The notes: generated from the sequence alone by a model not told the origin. A DNA stretch of 64,000 nt from Bacillota bacterium (GCA_009784375.1 WRBV01000001.1:97445-161444); one strand, 5' to 3'. Positions 17,547 to 27,352 are shown, numbered from the stretch's first letter. Translations and numbers: made by a program.

Positions 17547-19157
17547 GTGATTAAAAAAGCATTCGGCAAAGTTAAAAAACAAGGATTTGTAACAGGCGCA
17601 CTTACATTGGCTGCGGCAGGCATTCTTTGTCGTATCATTGGCATAGGCTTTCGAATTCCGTTTGCAAACATTGTTGGAAATTATGGTATGGGTCTGTACC
17701 AGATGGTTTTTCCGTTATATGCGCTTTTATTGATTTTATCAAGTGCTGGGATTCCTATTGCTATATCAAAAATGGTGGCACGTACGAATACAGATACAGA
17801 AGACAAGGGTAAAGCATATGAACCAAAGAAAATACTTCTGAATGCAATAATATTACTTGGATTTATTGGGTTTATAATTTCAACTGCATTTTTAATTTTT
17901 GCAAGACAAATAGCATCTCTGCAAGGCAATCCAGATGTTGGAAAAATATATCTTGTAATTGCACCCGCCGTATTTCTTGTATGTCTTATAAGTGCGTTCC
18001 GTGGATATTTCCAAGGTCTTGGTAATATGATCCCAACCGCAGTTTCACAAATCGTCGAACAAACGGTCAAGGTTGGAATTGCAATTACACTTGCAATTTT
18101 ATTATATCCGCGCGGAGTTGAATGGGCGGTTTTTGGTGCCATTGCCGCAATTACTTTAAGTGAGATTGTTGGACTCTTGACTCTTATAACAATTTTCATT
18201 TTTCATAAAAGAAAACAGAACAAGCCAGAAAAAACCAAAACAAATAAACTAAAAAACGGAATCTCTTTCCCACTTATGTGGGAGATTTTAAAAAAATCTT
18301 TACCAATTACAGCAATGGCATCTATATTTCCATTGATACTTGTTTTCGATAGTATGGTGGTAATAAAGATGCTTGAATATGGGGGAGCATCTAAACATGT
18401 TGCAACCCAATTATATGGCATCTCAAGTGGCACGGTACATACATTAATTAACATGCCAGCAATCCTTGGTATTGCAATTGGAACCGCAGTTGTTCCCATG
18501 ACGGCACGATTATTAAAACAAAATAAAACAGACGAGGTCCGTGAGAAATTTGCACTTGCTGTGAAAATGATATATGTTATCGCAATTTTCTTTGCGTTAT
18601 TTTATATAGTCTTTGGACGTGAAATAATTACATTATTATACGAACGTGCGTTCAAAGATAACCCAGACCAATTGCAAATTGCAACACGATTACTGAAGAT
18701 TGAATCGGTTATGATTTTGCTTATGGGTATGTCCCAGGTCTTCACAAGCATGTTACAAGGTGCAGGACGTGCAAAGTTCCCACTTATATCACTTGCAATA
18801 GGTGGTGCAGTAAAAGTGGCTTTCAGTTTAATTTTCATAAGAACAGGACTTGGAATATATGCCGTATCCATAGGTAACGTTTTATGTTTTGCAATTGCAT
18901 TTACTTTGAATGCAATCTTTGCAATAAAATTCCTTAAGATAAAAATTTCTTTAAGATGGAGAACACTAAAATTATTTGCACTCCTTGTATTGCACGTTGG
19001 AATATTAATCGTACTCGTCTATTTATTGCCAAGTGGAAAGTTCTGGATAGTAATTGGCGGGATAATTGGTTTCATTGCATATGCCACATTTGTTTTCTGT
19101 TTAAGAATCTTTCAAAAGGGTAAAAATCTAATTAAGGTTGAGAAAGAGTCCACCTAA
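17547..19157 (+). CDS. MOP-superfamily flippase (MurJ/SpoVB-like polysaccharide biosynthesis protein)
   Basis: GTG start. CRIIGIGFRIPFANIVGNYGMGLYQMVFPLYALLLILSSAGIPIAISKMVA and about 14 TM segments are typical of the SpoVB/MurJ family. Confidence 0.75.
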   Translation: MIKKAFGKVKKQGFVTGALTLAAAGILCRIIGIGFRIPFANIVGNYGMGLYQMVFPLYALLLILSSAGIPIAISKMVARTNTDTEDKGKAYEPKKILLNAIILLGFIGFIISTAFLIFARQIASLQGNPDVGKIYLVIAPAVFLVCLISAFRGYFQGLGNMIPTAVSQIVEQTVKVGIAITLAILLYPRGVEWAVFGAIAAITLSEIVGLLTLITIFIFHKRKQNKPEKTKTNKLKNGISFPLMWEILKKSLPITAMASIFPLILVFDSMVVIKMLEYGGASKHVATQLYGISSGTVHTLINMPAILGIAIGTAVVPMTARLLKQNKTDEVREKFALAVKMIYVIAIFFALFYIVFGREIITLLYERAFKDNPDQLQIATRLLKIESVMILLMGMSQVFTSMLQGAGRAKFPLISLAIGGAVKVAFSLIFIRTGLGIYAVSIGNVLCFAIAFTLNAIFAIKFLKIKISLRWRTLKLFALLVLHVGILIVLVYLLPSGKFWIVIGGIIGFIAYATFVFCLRIFQKGKNLIKVEKEST

Positions 19158-19175
19158 AAAGGAGATTTATCTTAT

Positions 19176-19448
19176 ATGAAAAAAGCAGATTTCGTAGCAA
19201 AATTGTCAAAAAAAATTAAGAAAACACGTAAAGAAACAAACATGATAGTCGACGAAATTTCCGAACTTATAACACAAACGTTAAAGAGAGGGGACGAGGT
19301 AGGTCTGCCGCTTGGTAAATTTCAATTAAAAAAACGCAGCAGCAGAATAGGTTTCAATCCACGTACAAAACAACAAATGGCAATAGCTCCAAAGGTTATA
19401 CCAGCATTCAAACCAAGCAAAAAATTTAAAGAAGCCGTGCTTGAATAA
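19176..19448 (+). CDS. hup: HU-family DNA-binding protein
   Basis: MKKADFVAKLSKK...RIGFNPRTKQQMAIAPKVIPAFKPSKKFKEAV. SD AAAGGAGA upstream. Confidence 0.9.
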   Translation: MKKADFVAKLSKKIKKTRKETNMIVDEISELITQTLKRGDEVGLPLGKFQLKKRSSRIGFNPRTKQQMAIAPKVIPAFKPSKKFKEAVLE

Positions 19449-19480
19449 TTTAAAAAATCATTATCTAAAAGGAAAATATA

Positions 19481-19654
19481 ATGGAACAACCATCATGCAA
19501 AATTACAACATTTCCATCACCCACTCATCTAAGTGATGATGACATAATTAATCTTATAATGGGTGTGGCTCGCATGTTGCGTAATTATGCGTCCGAGGAA
19601 CAAATTTTGCGAGTCTTGGAAAAATTGGAAGAAAACGGCATTAGCCTTATATAA
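19481..19654 (+). CDS. Possible small protein (57 aa), unknown function
   Basis: Not in the supplied track (under 60 aa). AAAAGGA lies 6 nt before the ATG. Sequence: MEQPSCKITTFPSPTHLSDDDIINLIMGVARMLRNYASEEQILRVLEKLEENGISLI. The last 8 nt overlap the comFC 3' end. Confidence 0.3.
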   Translation: MEQPSCKITTFPSPTHLSDDDIINLIMGVARMLRNYASEEQILRVLEKLEENGISLI

Positions 19655-20351
19655 TATTAATTTCTTTATCTTTTGATGGTTTAACTCTGGCAATGGTTAC
19701 AATACTCACCATTTTCGCACCAGCCCGCTTTAATATACGCGCACATTCATTTGCGGTGGCTCCGCTTGTTAAAACATCATCGACAAGAATAATTCTTTTG
19801 TCCTTTACCTGTTCGGTGTCAATTACCGAATAACTGTCCTTCTGATTATCAAGCCGCTCTTCATGTGACATGTTCACTTGGGGGGCGGTATTTTTGATTT
19901 TTACCAAGATATTTTCCATAACAGGAATTTCTATTAAACTTCCAACATCGCGTGCAAGAATCATTGCTTGGTTAAATCCACGTTCGCGTTCTCGCCCCTT
20001 GGATAAGGGTATGGGTATGACAACATCATAGGATTTATCCAAAACCGAAACCATCAATGGTGCAAATAATTTAGCAACAAGTCCTTCGTTTGCATATTTA
20101 AGTTTTAAAATAATGTCACTTAGTGGTGGGGCATAATAAAATGGTGAATAGATATAACTAACTTTAACCGCTTTTGAGTTAGGAGCAATTTTCTTAGAAA
20201 GTGCAAGTTGCCCGCTTGCTCGTGCAGGATTACAAACAATAAATTTTTCAAAGCAAACATCACAAATATATGAATGTTTTGAAACATTAATTTCGCCATC
20301 ACATGCAAGACATGTAAAATGTGGGAATAAAAAATTCACAATCTTTTTCAT
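19647..20351 (-). CDS. comFC: ComF family protein (double zinc ribbon plus phosphoribosyltransferase domain)
   Basis: CLACDGEI...CDVCFEKF at the N-terminus and IILVDDVLTSGATANECARILKRAG (PRTase motif). Confidence 0.85.
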   Translation of the reverse strand: MKKIVNFLFPHFTCLACDGEINVSKHSYICDVCFEKFIVCNPARASGQLALSKKIAPNSKAVKVSYIYSPFYYAPPLSDIILKLKYANEGLVAKLFAPLMVSVLDKSYDVVIPIPLSKGRERERGFNQAMILARDVGSLIEIPVMENILVKIKNTAPQVNMSHEERLDNQKDSYSVIDTEQVKDKRIILVDDVLTSGATANECARILKRAGAKMVSIVTIARVKPSKDKEINII

Positions 20352-20400
20352 TTGTTATACAAATTATCTCATGTGTACTTTGCATAAGTCAAATTTTAAA

Positions 20401-20763
20401 TCACGTAAATCGTGGAGGTTGATAAGGATTAAATATAGTGAAATAACTGTCCAATGTAAGCAATGTTGCTGTCATAAATAAGCCTAAGAATGCGATTGAA
20501 AGAGCAAATGTTGTAATTCCATATCCAACTTTCTTTTTCCCGCCAAGAGAATAACTTTTAATAGAAAAAAGAATTGCAACAATAAAGAAAACACCTGGGA
20601 CATAAACGGCAGGAATAACATAAGGAAAGTTCGGACTGTATAACCCAGTAATTTGGTAAATAACCAATTTAATCATCAAAAATAAAATAGGCAAAATAAA
20701 CCCAGAAATACTGAGAACCAACGCTGGTATCAAAAACCGATTACGCTTTGTTTTCTTGGGCAT
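20401..20763 (-). CDS. Small membrane protein (about 4 TM), unknown function
   Basis: Hydrophobic ORF. The start is taken at MPKKTKRNRF (ATG 20763) rather than the TTG at 20784. Confidence 0.5.
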   Translation of the reverse strand: MPKKTKRNRFLIPALVLSISGFILPILFLMIKLVIYQITGLYSPNFPYVIPAVYVPGVFFIVAILFSIKSYSLGGKKKVGYGITTFALSIAFLGLFMTATLLTLDSYFTIFNPYQPPRFT

Positions 20764-20813
20764 GACAATGTATATGCTTTCCAAATCACTTAATTTAAAC
20801 TAAACTATTAAAT

Positions 20814-21788
20814 ATGAAAACCCAACTTATTTACGAACGCAACTATCACAAGGCGGCGACCATAATAAAAGAAGGCGGGCTTGTTGGCTTTCGTACTGAG
20901 ACGGTATATGGTCTTGGTGCAGATGCAACAAACGCAGATGCAGTTGGTAAAATATTCACGGCAAAAGGCCGTCCGTCGGACAATCCGCTCATCGTGCATT
21001 TTTATTCAATTGGACATCTTGAACAATACTTTACATTGGATACACAGACAAAATTAATATTGTCATCTATAAAAAAATCGCTGACAATTATACTTCCATT
21101 TCCAAATGATTCAAAGATATCACGGGCTGTGCTAGGAACCGAGAGTAGATCAATAGCCGTGCGAATACCATCGTGTAAATTCACAAGAAAGTTCATTCAA
21201 AGTGCCAACACACCAATCGCGGCACCAAGTGCTAATACGTCAACGCGTCCAAGCCCAACAAGATGGCAAGACGTATACGCAGATCTTGATGGTAAAATTA
21301 ATGCAGTTATAATGGGTCGACAAACGCAAATAGGTCTTGAAAGCACGGTTATTAAAGTAATAGAGGGCGAGATAAAAATTCTTCGTCACGGTGGTATAAC
21401 ACCCGAATATATATCAAAGAAAACTGGGTTAAATGTGACTTATGCAGACAACATTCAAGTCTTAAAAGAAAGCCCAGGAACCCGTCACAAGCACTATGCA
21501 CCAAGCGTACCCTTGTTTACAAGCGATTGTCATACTAAAACTCTCTCCTATATAAAGGACAAAAATGCCGTAATATTGTGCCGCAACCAAAACAAAAATT
21601 TATATTTTAATGCAAAGGTTATAACGCTTGGAAATGATGGAAAATGTGTTGGAAAAAATCTTTACAAAGCATTGCGAGAATCCGAGAAAGTTGCCGAAGT
21701 TGCAATAATAGAATCAATGCCACAAACATCCGAATTCGCAACAATAAATGAAAGAATAAGAAAAGCATCACAGGGTAATTGCATATAA
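20814..21788 (+). CDS. tsaC: L-threonylcarbamoyladenylate synthase (TsaC/Sua5/YwlC, long form)
   Basis: GGLVGFRTETVYGLGADATN, KGRPSDNPLIVH and PSANTSTRPSPT, plus a Sua5-type C-terminal domain. Confidence 0.9.
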   Translation: MKTQLIYERNYHKAATIIKEGGLVGFRTETVYGLGADATNADAVGKIFTAKGRPSDNPLIVHFYSIGHLEQYFTLDTQTKLILSSIKKSLTIILPFPNDSKISRAVLGTESRSIAVRIPSCKFTRKFIQSANTPIAAPSANTSTRPSPTRWQDVYADLDGKINAVIMGRQTQIGLESTVIKVIEGEIKILRHGGITPEYISKKTGLNVTYADNIQVLKESPGTRHKHYAPSVPLFTSDCHTKTLSYIKDKNAVILCRNQNKNLYFNAKVITLGNDGKCVGKNLYKALRESEKVAEVAIIESMPQTSEFATINERIRKASQGNCI

Positions 21789-21794
21789 ATTGCA

Positions 21795-22691
21795 ATGAAG
21801 CAAATTTTAAAATCTTATCTTGAACATATCTGTGGAGCAGAACATGTGTTCGAGGATTTTCCTCTTGCAGGTCAAACAACATTTAAAATAGGGGGCAAAG
21901 CCAAGTTTTTTGTCGCGGTGCAAAGCAAAGAAATACTATTCAAATTAATAAGTGCACTTAAATATATAGAAGAAAAATACTTTGTAATAGGAAATGGATC
22001 AAATTTACTTGTAAGTGACAAGGGATATGATGGGGTTGTAATAAAACTTGGATTTGCCGAAATTATTGAAAATGGGCAATTTGTATACGCCGATGCGGGG
22101 GTAATATTGTCTCGCGTTACGGCGTTTGCACGAAGCCACGAACTTGGAGGACTTGAATGGACGGTAGGAATCCCAGCCACCGTTGGAGGGGCAACATATA
22201 TGAATGCGGGTGCGCATGGTCATCAAATATCCGATTCAATAGTTTGTGTGGACGTACTTATCGATGACGAGTTTAAAACGATAGAATCAACCCAGCTAAA
22301 ATTTGATTACCGCAAGAGCATATTTCAAAAAAATAAAAACTGGATAATACTGGGTGCTTATTTCTATTTTAAAAAAGAAAAAAAACAAACAATCGAACGG
22401 AAGGAAAGCGAATATAAAAAGAAGCGTATCAACCATCCAATTGAACCAAGTGCGGGAAGTACATTTAAAAAACCGCATGAAGAGTTCTATGTAGGAAAGG
22501 TTATCGACGAGCTTGGGTTAAAAGGCAAGGAAATTGGTGGCGCACAAATAAGTAAAAAGCATGCTGGGTTTATTGTGAACAAGGGTGGGGCAACATGCCA
22601 CGATGTTGAAAAACTAATATCACTTGTCCGAAAAGAAGTATACAAGATTCATGGGGTTAAACTAAAACTGGAATACGAAAAATTAAAATAA
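21795..22691 (+). CDS. murB: UDP-N-acetylenolpyruvoylglucosamine reductase
   Basis: TTFKIGGKAKFF, GNGSNLLVSD, PSAGSTFKKP and GGAQISKKHAGFIVN are present. Confidence 0.9.
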   Translation: MKQILKSYLEHICGAEHVFEDFPLAGQTTFKIGGKAKFFVAVQSKEILFKLISALKYIEEKYFVIGNGSNLLVSDKGYDGVVIKLGFAEIIENGQFVYADAGVILSRVTAFARSHELGGLEWTVGIPATVGGATYMNAGAHGHQISDSIVCVDVLIDDEFKTIESTQLKFDYRKSIFQKNKNWIILGAYFYFKKEKKQTIERKESEYKKKRINHPIEPSAGSTFKKPHEEFYVGKVIDELGLKGKEIGGAQISKKHAGFIVNKGGATCHDVEKLISLVRKEVYKIHGVKLKLEYEKLK

Positions 22692-22692
22692 A

Positions 22693-22707
22693 TGCTATAA
22701 TCAATCA
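22693..22707 (+). promoter_or_regulatory. Extended -10 TGcTATAAT placed 6 nt before the rsmG ATG (leaderless layout)
   Basis: TG at 22693-22694, TATAAT at 22696-22701, ATG at 22708. Confidence 0.55.
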
Positions 22708-23361
22708 ATGAACCCACTTCTTATTAAATATAATGAAACGTTGATTGAGCGAAATTGCGTTGTGAACCTTACTGGTCACAAGACATTGGAAGAAAGCCTA
22801 AAAAACAATGTAATGGACAGCATGCTTTTTAATGATGTAATTGCACCATTTATGAAAGAGAATGCATCTGTTCTTGACATGGGTTCTGGTGGAGGGTGTC
22901 CAGCGATTCCATTAAAAATTTCATTTCCGCAAATAAAGATGACAATGGTTGATAGCGTTCGTAAAAAAACCGATTTTTTAAACGAAACTGTAACAGAACT
23001 AGGTCTTGAAAATACAACAGCAATTCATACACGTATAGAGGAATTTTGTACAGCCCACAGAGAAAGATTCGACATAGTGACCGCACGTGCGGTTGCATCG
23101 CTTAACATTCTTTTGGAGTATGGTTTACCGCTTTTACGTGTTGGTGGTTATATGTTTGCATTCAAGGGAAGTAGTGTCGACGAGGAAATAAAAGCGGCGA
23201 CAAATGCGTTGCAAATTCTTGGTGGCGAAATCGTGCAAATAGAAACGGCAAATCTTGACAAAGAAATTATACGAACATTGGTTATAATTAAAAAAATAAA
23301 ACCAACAAATAAAAAATATCCACGTGCAAAAAATCAACCAAGAACTAACCCAATAATTTAG
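22708..23361 (+). CDS. rsmG: 16S rRNA (guanine527-N7)-methyltransferase
   Basis: VLDMGSGGGCPAIPLKI, FDIVTARAVA and FKG are present. Confidence 0.9.
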   Translation: MNPLLIKYNETLIERNCVVNLTGHKTLEESLKNNVMDSMLFNDVIAPFMKENASVLDMGSGGGCPAIPLKISFPQIKMTMVDSVRKKTDFLNETVTELGLENTTAIHTRIEEFCTAHRERFDIVTARAVASLNILLEYGLPLLRVGGYMFAFKGSSVDEEIKAATNALQILGGEIVQIETANLDKEIIRTLVIIKKIKPTNKKYPRAKNQPRTNPII

Positions 23362-23416
23362 TAGATTTTTTAAAATAAAAGTGTAATAATATGTCATAAG
23401 GTCTTGGGGGACTGCG

Positions 23417-25123
23417 ATGGCAAACGCTATACGAACGGCTCTTGAATGGTGTGGTAATAATCCAAACGTTTTGTTTTGGGTTATTTTACCTAGTGCCCTG
23501 ATATTTCTGTGGGCACTTTGGAAAGTCTTCTTTTTGGCAAAAGTTCGCGCGGTCGACACACAAACCATATTAAATCTTGCAAGCTATCAAACAATCGGTA
23601 TGACAAAAGGCGACAGCGCCGAGGAACGCATAAAAAATTATGTAACAATACTTGGACAAGAACCGAATGTTATAAAGCTTATAATGTATAAATATGTCCT
23701 TAGTCATTTTAATTTTAATAACATACTTGGATACCTTACATATCGCCAATACATAAAAGTAGGAAGGACAAGCAAACGAAGAAGTCTCTACACAGACCAA
23801 TTTATGTTCAGCATAGTTGTATTCATCGCCATAGTTTGGGGATGTCTTGTATCATTTTCTTGGTCAACCAATGGATTCCACCAGATAACAGAAAATGGAA
23901 GACTTACATCAGAAACGATAAGCTCTATCATAATCATATCAATAATACTTGCATTCTTTATTGCAAGCATCTTGTTATTAATTCTTTACAGAATCTCTGT
24001 CCGAAATTATAAAATTCAATTACTAAACCATTTGCAATCAACTGCACCAGCATTCTTTGCAGATATTGAATCAATGTACGAAGAATTTGCACTTGCAATT
24101 ATTGGTTTGGGTGTATCAGAAAAAGAAGCACTTAGAATAAAAAAAGCAATTGTAAAAGAAGGCGGACAATTCCGCCAAGCCTATATCGACAAATACGAAA
24201 ATGTAATAATAAGCGAACAAGAACTAGAAGAAGCTACAATCGTACAAGAACTCGAACCCCAGATTGAAGAGCCAATCCAAGAGCCCGAGCCTGTGCAAAT
24301 AGTAGAAGAAGTAATTGTTGAACAACCGCAGCCACAACCAGAGCCAATCCAAGAACCAGTATACATTCAACCCGAGCCAGTAATGATGCAACAACCCGAA
24401 CTAATCCAACCAATAATCCAAGAACCAGTCCAAATGATAGAACCAATACAACCAGTATACATAGTCACACAACCTGAACCGCAATATATCCAACCACAAT
24501 ACATCCAGCCCGAGCCTGTAATAATCCAAAGACCTGAGCCAATTATTATTCAACCAGTCCAGCCAGTCATCATCCAACAACCCGAGCCTATTCAACCACC
24601 TATTGTACATCAACCAATTCAAGAACCAGTTCCAGTCCAGCCACAGCCCGAACCTGTTGCTGTCACTACAAAACCAAACCCAGAGATGGATGAAATCTTT
24701 GAAAAATTCAAAGATGTTCCATACGAAAAGCCAGCATATGTATTTAACTCGGGTGATAATGCAAAAGAATTTGCACGTCTTTTATCGGGTAACAAAGAAG
24801 CAGAAGGTCAGGAAGACATAGTTGATAAAATAGTCAAACGGCTTAAAGAAGATTTTGAACCAGTCGACAAGAAAGAACCCGTGCAAGAAAAAAAACCAGA
24901 AGTGATTCCAGAACCAAAGATAGAAGAGCCAAAAGAAATTGAAAAGGTCGAGGAACCAAAACCAATTGAACCAGAGCCAGTAATTGAAACGGTAAAACAG
25001 CCCGAACCAGAACCAATTAAAGAAGACCCAGCAAAAGTATCAAAGAAACCTGAGAAGCCAACTCCACCAAAACCAAAAAGACTTGGACCAAAAATTACTG
25101 CACGGACGACTGTTGAACTTTAA
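23417..25123 (+). CDS. Membrane protein with a long Pro/Glu/Gln/Ile-rich low-complexity region
   Basis: TM segments lie in the N-terminal half. About 140 aa of degenerate (I/V)QPEP-type repeats follow, then a second KPE/EPK-rich tract. A terminator follows. Confidence 0.6.
   Translation: MANAIRTALEWCGNNPNVLFWVILPSALIFLWALWKVFFLAKVRAVDTQTILNLASYQTIGMTKGDSAEERIKNYVTILGQEPNVIKLIMYKYVLSHFNFNNILGYLTYRQYIKVGRTSKRRSLYTDQFMFSIVVFIAIVWGCLVSFSWSTNGFHQITENGRLTSETISSIIIISIILAFFIASILLLILYRISVRNYKIQLLNHLQSTAPAFFADIESMYEEFALAIIGLGVSEKEALRIKKAIVKEGGQFRQAYIDKYENVIISEQELEEATIVQELEPQIEEPIQEPEPVQIVEEVIVEQPQPQPEPIQEPVYIQPEPVMMQQPELIQPIIQEPVQMIEPIQPVYIVTQPEPQYIQPQYIQPEPVIIQRPEPIIIQPVQPVIIQQPEPIQPPIVHQPIQEPVPVQPQPEPVAVTTKPNPEMDEIFEKFKDVPYEKPAYVFNSGDNAKEFARLLSGNKEAEGQEDIVDKIVKRLKEDFEPVDKKEPVQEKKPEVIPEPKIEEPKEIEKVEEPKPIEPEPVIETVKQPEPEPIKEDPAKVSKKPEKPTPPKPKRLGPKITARTTVEL
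24245..24665 (+). repeat. Degenerate in-frame repeat tract encoding QPEP/IQEP units
   Basis: EPQIEEPIQEPEPVQ...QPQPQPEPIQEPVYIQPEPV...QPEPQYIQPQYIQPEPVIIQRPEPIIIQPVQPVIIQQPEPIQPP. It also creates spurious ORFs in other frames. Confidence 0.7.
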
Positions 25124-25124
25124 T

Positions 25125-25152
25125 AAAAAAGAGGTGAAAAGCCTCTTTTTTT
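25125..25152. terminator. Bidirectional rho-independent terminator
   Basis: AAAAAAGAGGTgaaaaGCCTCTTTTTTT lies between the convergent genes 23417-25123 and 25190-25678. Confidence 0.75.
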
Positions 25153-25189
25153 AATGACCTAAGAAAAATCGGTTGCCTTTTTTAATAAC

Positions 25190-25678
25190 CTACTTATTTA
25201 ATTTCTTTTTCATATAAACACGTGATTCAGCAAATTGAAGCGCCTTTGTAAATTTATCCGTATACTTGTATTCTTTTGCCGTAACCTCGTCAAACCCAAG
25301 TTTTTCATATGCACGTACCGCCGATGGGGTAATTCGCAATGTACGTAAATAAAGGCTTTCATATCCTTTTTTTACTACGAAACTCTCAACTGTATCAAAA
25401 AGCAATTTTACAAGTCCCTGACCACGATAATCGTCGTCTACGAATACACGTACGACCTCGACACGTTCTTCGTCATGATACCAAATCCCAGCCGAGCCTA
25501 TAGGACGATCACCATCAAACAAAATAAAAACATCCTTGAAATTTTCCATACCAAAAAGCGACGACATGCCTGCCTCTTTCCATCCTGGAACATTTGTGCC
25601 GAAATAGTCATTTAGCTTTACGCAAAGCCCATAAAAATCTTTATTATTTCCATCGGTTTTTATTATTTTCATAATCAT
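25190..25678 (-). CDS. GNAT-family N-acetyltransferase
   Basis: VFVDDDYRGQGLVKLLFDTVESFVVKKGY (motif A) and AYEKLGF. The start is ambiguous between ATG 25678 and 25672. Confidence 0.8.
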   Translation of the reverse strand: MIMKIIKTDGNNKDFYGLCVKLNDYFGTNVPGWKEAGMSSLFGMENFKDVFILFDGDRPIGSAGIWYHDEERVEVVRVFVDDDYRGQGLVKLLFDTVESFVVKKGYESLYLRTLRITPSAVRAYEKLGFDEVTAKEYKYTDKFTKALQFAESRVYMKKKLNK

Positions 25679-25904
25679 AAACTCTAACAATAAATTATAA
25701 AGATGTCAAATTAAAAAGTAAAAACTTTTTCTACTAAATTAAGATGGAGGTGAAAGGAAAAAATTTTAAGTAAAAAAAGGTTAAAGTATTATGAGGAGAA
25801 TTAAGATGAAAAAATTTAAAAACTTTGTTAATTGATTTAATCCATGCATTAAATTAATTACAGCCACACTTAAGCTTGTAAATCAAATTATTAAGTTATT
25901 TGAA

Positions 25905-25939
25905 AATTAAAAAAAGCTGCCTTTAAATAGGGTAGCTTT
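25905..25939 (-). terminator. Rho-independent terminator of the 25940-26509 gene
   Basis: On the minus strand the stem AAAGCTACC/GGCAGCTTT is followed by a T-run (the A-run at 25906-25915 on plus). Confidence 0.65.
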
Positions 25940-26509
25940 TTAAATTTCTATAATTTCCAAACTTTCTACCACGAGTCCGATTGGAGCTGGTCGTTCAAGG
26001 CTTGCCTCGAATTTTTCACCATCCCGCCACTTGCGTTGATTAGATAATACAAGATCAACGTTCGCCGCCGTCCATTTGGCAAAGTTATTCCATATAGTTT
26101 GATTTTTATTGCCGACTTCCTCATGATATTTTTTAAATACTGAATGTGTATATCTGCGGAAAACTTTGTTTTTTATATCCCATACAAGCCCTGAACCATC
26201 AATAAATTCGGCAAGAACAATAAGACTGTGGATGTTAAAATCGGCACGGCTTTGTGAAGTTATGTCCAAGGATTTTTGTGGTTCATATTGTTCTTTAATC
26301 TCATTTCCAATTTTTGTCTTAAAAAGATTGGTGTCGCCCATAAGTATAGAATATATATTGGGGTACTCATTTTCAATGAACAATGTAGGCCAAAAATAAG
26401 TCGACATTTTGAAAATGATATCATCCTTTACTTTTTGTTCTGGATTCAAATATTCTTTCTTTATGTTTTGCGTTTGTATAGGGAATGGGATTATTTTATC
26501 GTCAGACAT
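25940..26509 (-). CDS. Hypothetical protein (189 aa)
   Basis: Long ORF. The start is set at MSDDKII (ATG 26509) because TGgTATAAT sits exactly 6 nt upstream. No family recognised. Confidence 0.55.
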   Translation of the reverse strand: MSDDKIIPFPIQTQNIKKEYLNPEQKVKDDIIFKMSTYFWPTLFIENEYPNIYSILMGDTNLFKTKIGNEIKEQYEPQKSLDITSQSRADFNIHSLIVLAEFIDGSGLVWDIKNKVFRRYTHSVFKKYHEEVGNKNQTIWNNFAKWTAANVDLVLSNQRKWRDGEKFEASLERPAPIGLVVESLEIIEI

Positions 26510-26523
26510 AAATATATTATACC
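26510..26523. promoter_or_regulatory. Back-to-back overlapping -10 elements for the divergent genes starting at 26509 (-) and 26524 (+)
   Basis: Minus strand: TATAAT at 26521..26516, 6 nt before ATG 26509. Plus strand: TATATT at 26513-26518, 5 nt before ATG 26524. Confidence 0.45.
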
Positions 26524-27147
26524 ATGAATCAAAACGCTGTGTTATCATGTTCTGTGAACTCGGAAGATTATATATTTTTGGATATTGAATGTTGTGACGG
26601 AAATCACATTTGTTCGGTGGGATATGTAATCTGTGATGAAAAGTTTAACGTAATTGAAAAGAAAGATATTCTTATTAATCCTGAAAAAAGGTTTAAACTT
26701 GCCCGTGCTGGTTTTGATTCCAAAATTCATCTTGCTTATAAACCCGAAGAATTTCAAGATAAACCTAGTTTTAAACAAATGTATAGTACAATACGTAAAC
26801 TGTTGAACAACAAAGTAATCATCGGTCATTCAATCATGGGAGATATTGGATATTTAAAAAACGCATGTACACGTTACAAATTAAAACCATTTAATAACAA
26901 GTCATTTTGTACACAATTATTTTTTATGAGAACAAAAAAAGAAAGGCATGTGAAAAGCCTTGTTAAAATAATTGATGAACTTGGAATAGATGGAACTGAA
27001 TTCACATTACATAAAAGTTGCGATGACGCACACTTATCAATGCTTGTAATGAAAGAACTTTGTAAAGAAACCAATCAAACATTGGAAGAAATACTAAGAG
27101 CTAAATTTTCCGATAGGAACAATATTTTATCGAGCAACAAAAAATGA
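26524..27147 (+). CDS. DEDDh 3'-5' exonuclease (DnaQ/PolC-exo-like)
   Basis: Exo I FLDIECCDG, Exo II VIIGHSIMGDIGYL and Exo III HKSCDDAHLS are present. Confidence 0.72.
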   Translation: MNQNAVLSCSVNSEDYIFLDIECCDGNHICSVGYVICDEKFNVIEKKDILINPEKRFKLARAGFDSKIHLAYKPEEFQDKPSFKQMYSTIRKLLNNKVIIGHSIMGDIGYLKNACTRYKLKPFNNKSFCTQLFFMRTKKERHVKSLVKIIDELGIDGTEFTLHKSCDDAHLSMLVMKELCKETNQTLEEILRAKFSDRNNILSSNKK

Positions 27148-27275
27148 CGTTAGACCAAAGTAACTTACGTACCGAGTCCAGCGTATCCGCTTTCAGCGTT
27201 TTACATTAAGGATAATTAAATGAAGCGTTCGCAATGAGAGCAGGTTATCACAAAAGGATTTTAAATTAAGCCTAT

Positions 27276-27352
27276 CCAATCAGGTTGGGCTTTGCTCAAT
27301 CTGATTTGGGAGTCCGACCAAAATTTGCTCTGCAAATTTTGCGATTGGTCGG
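27276..27352 (-). other. Two tandem stem-loops immediately downstream of tRNA-Leu (no U-tract)
   Basis: 27314-27321 pairs with 27345-27352, with an inner stem 27322-27328/27332-27338. A second hairpin pairs 27276-27283 with 27301-27309. Confidence 0.4.

Noticed and set aside
24181-24622. Several 60-75-aa ORFs on both strands within the QPEP repeat tract
   Set aside because: These are frame-shadow products of a repetitive, stop-poor sequence, and the sense frame is continuous with a convincing 568-aa ORF.
25691-25904. Mini-ORFs in the AT-rich spacer (MEVKGKNFK at about 25751; MRRIKMKKFKNFVN / MKKFKNFVN at about 25790-25834)
   Set aside because: They are very short and Lys/Asn-rich, as expected from A-rich DNA. 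They lack the precise leaderless spacing, and only one has a plausible AGGAG. No supporting structure or conservation can be assessed here.
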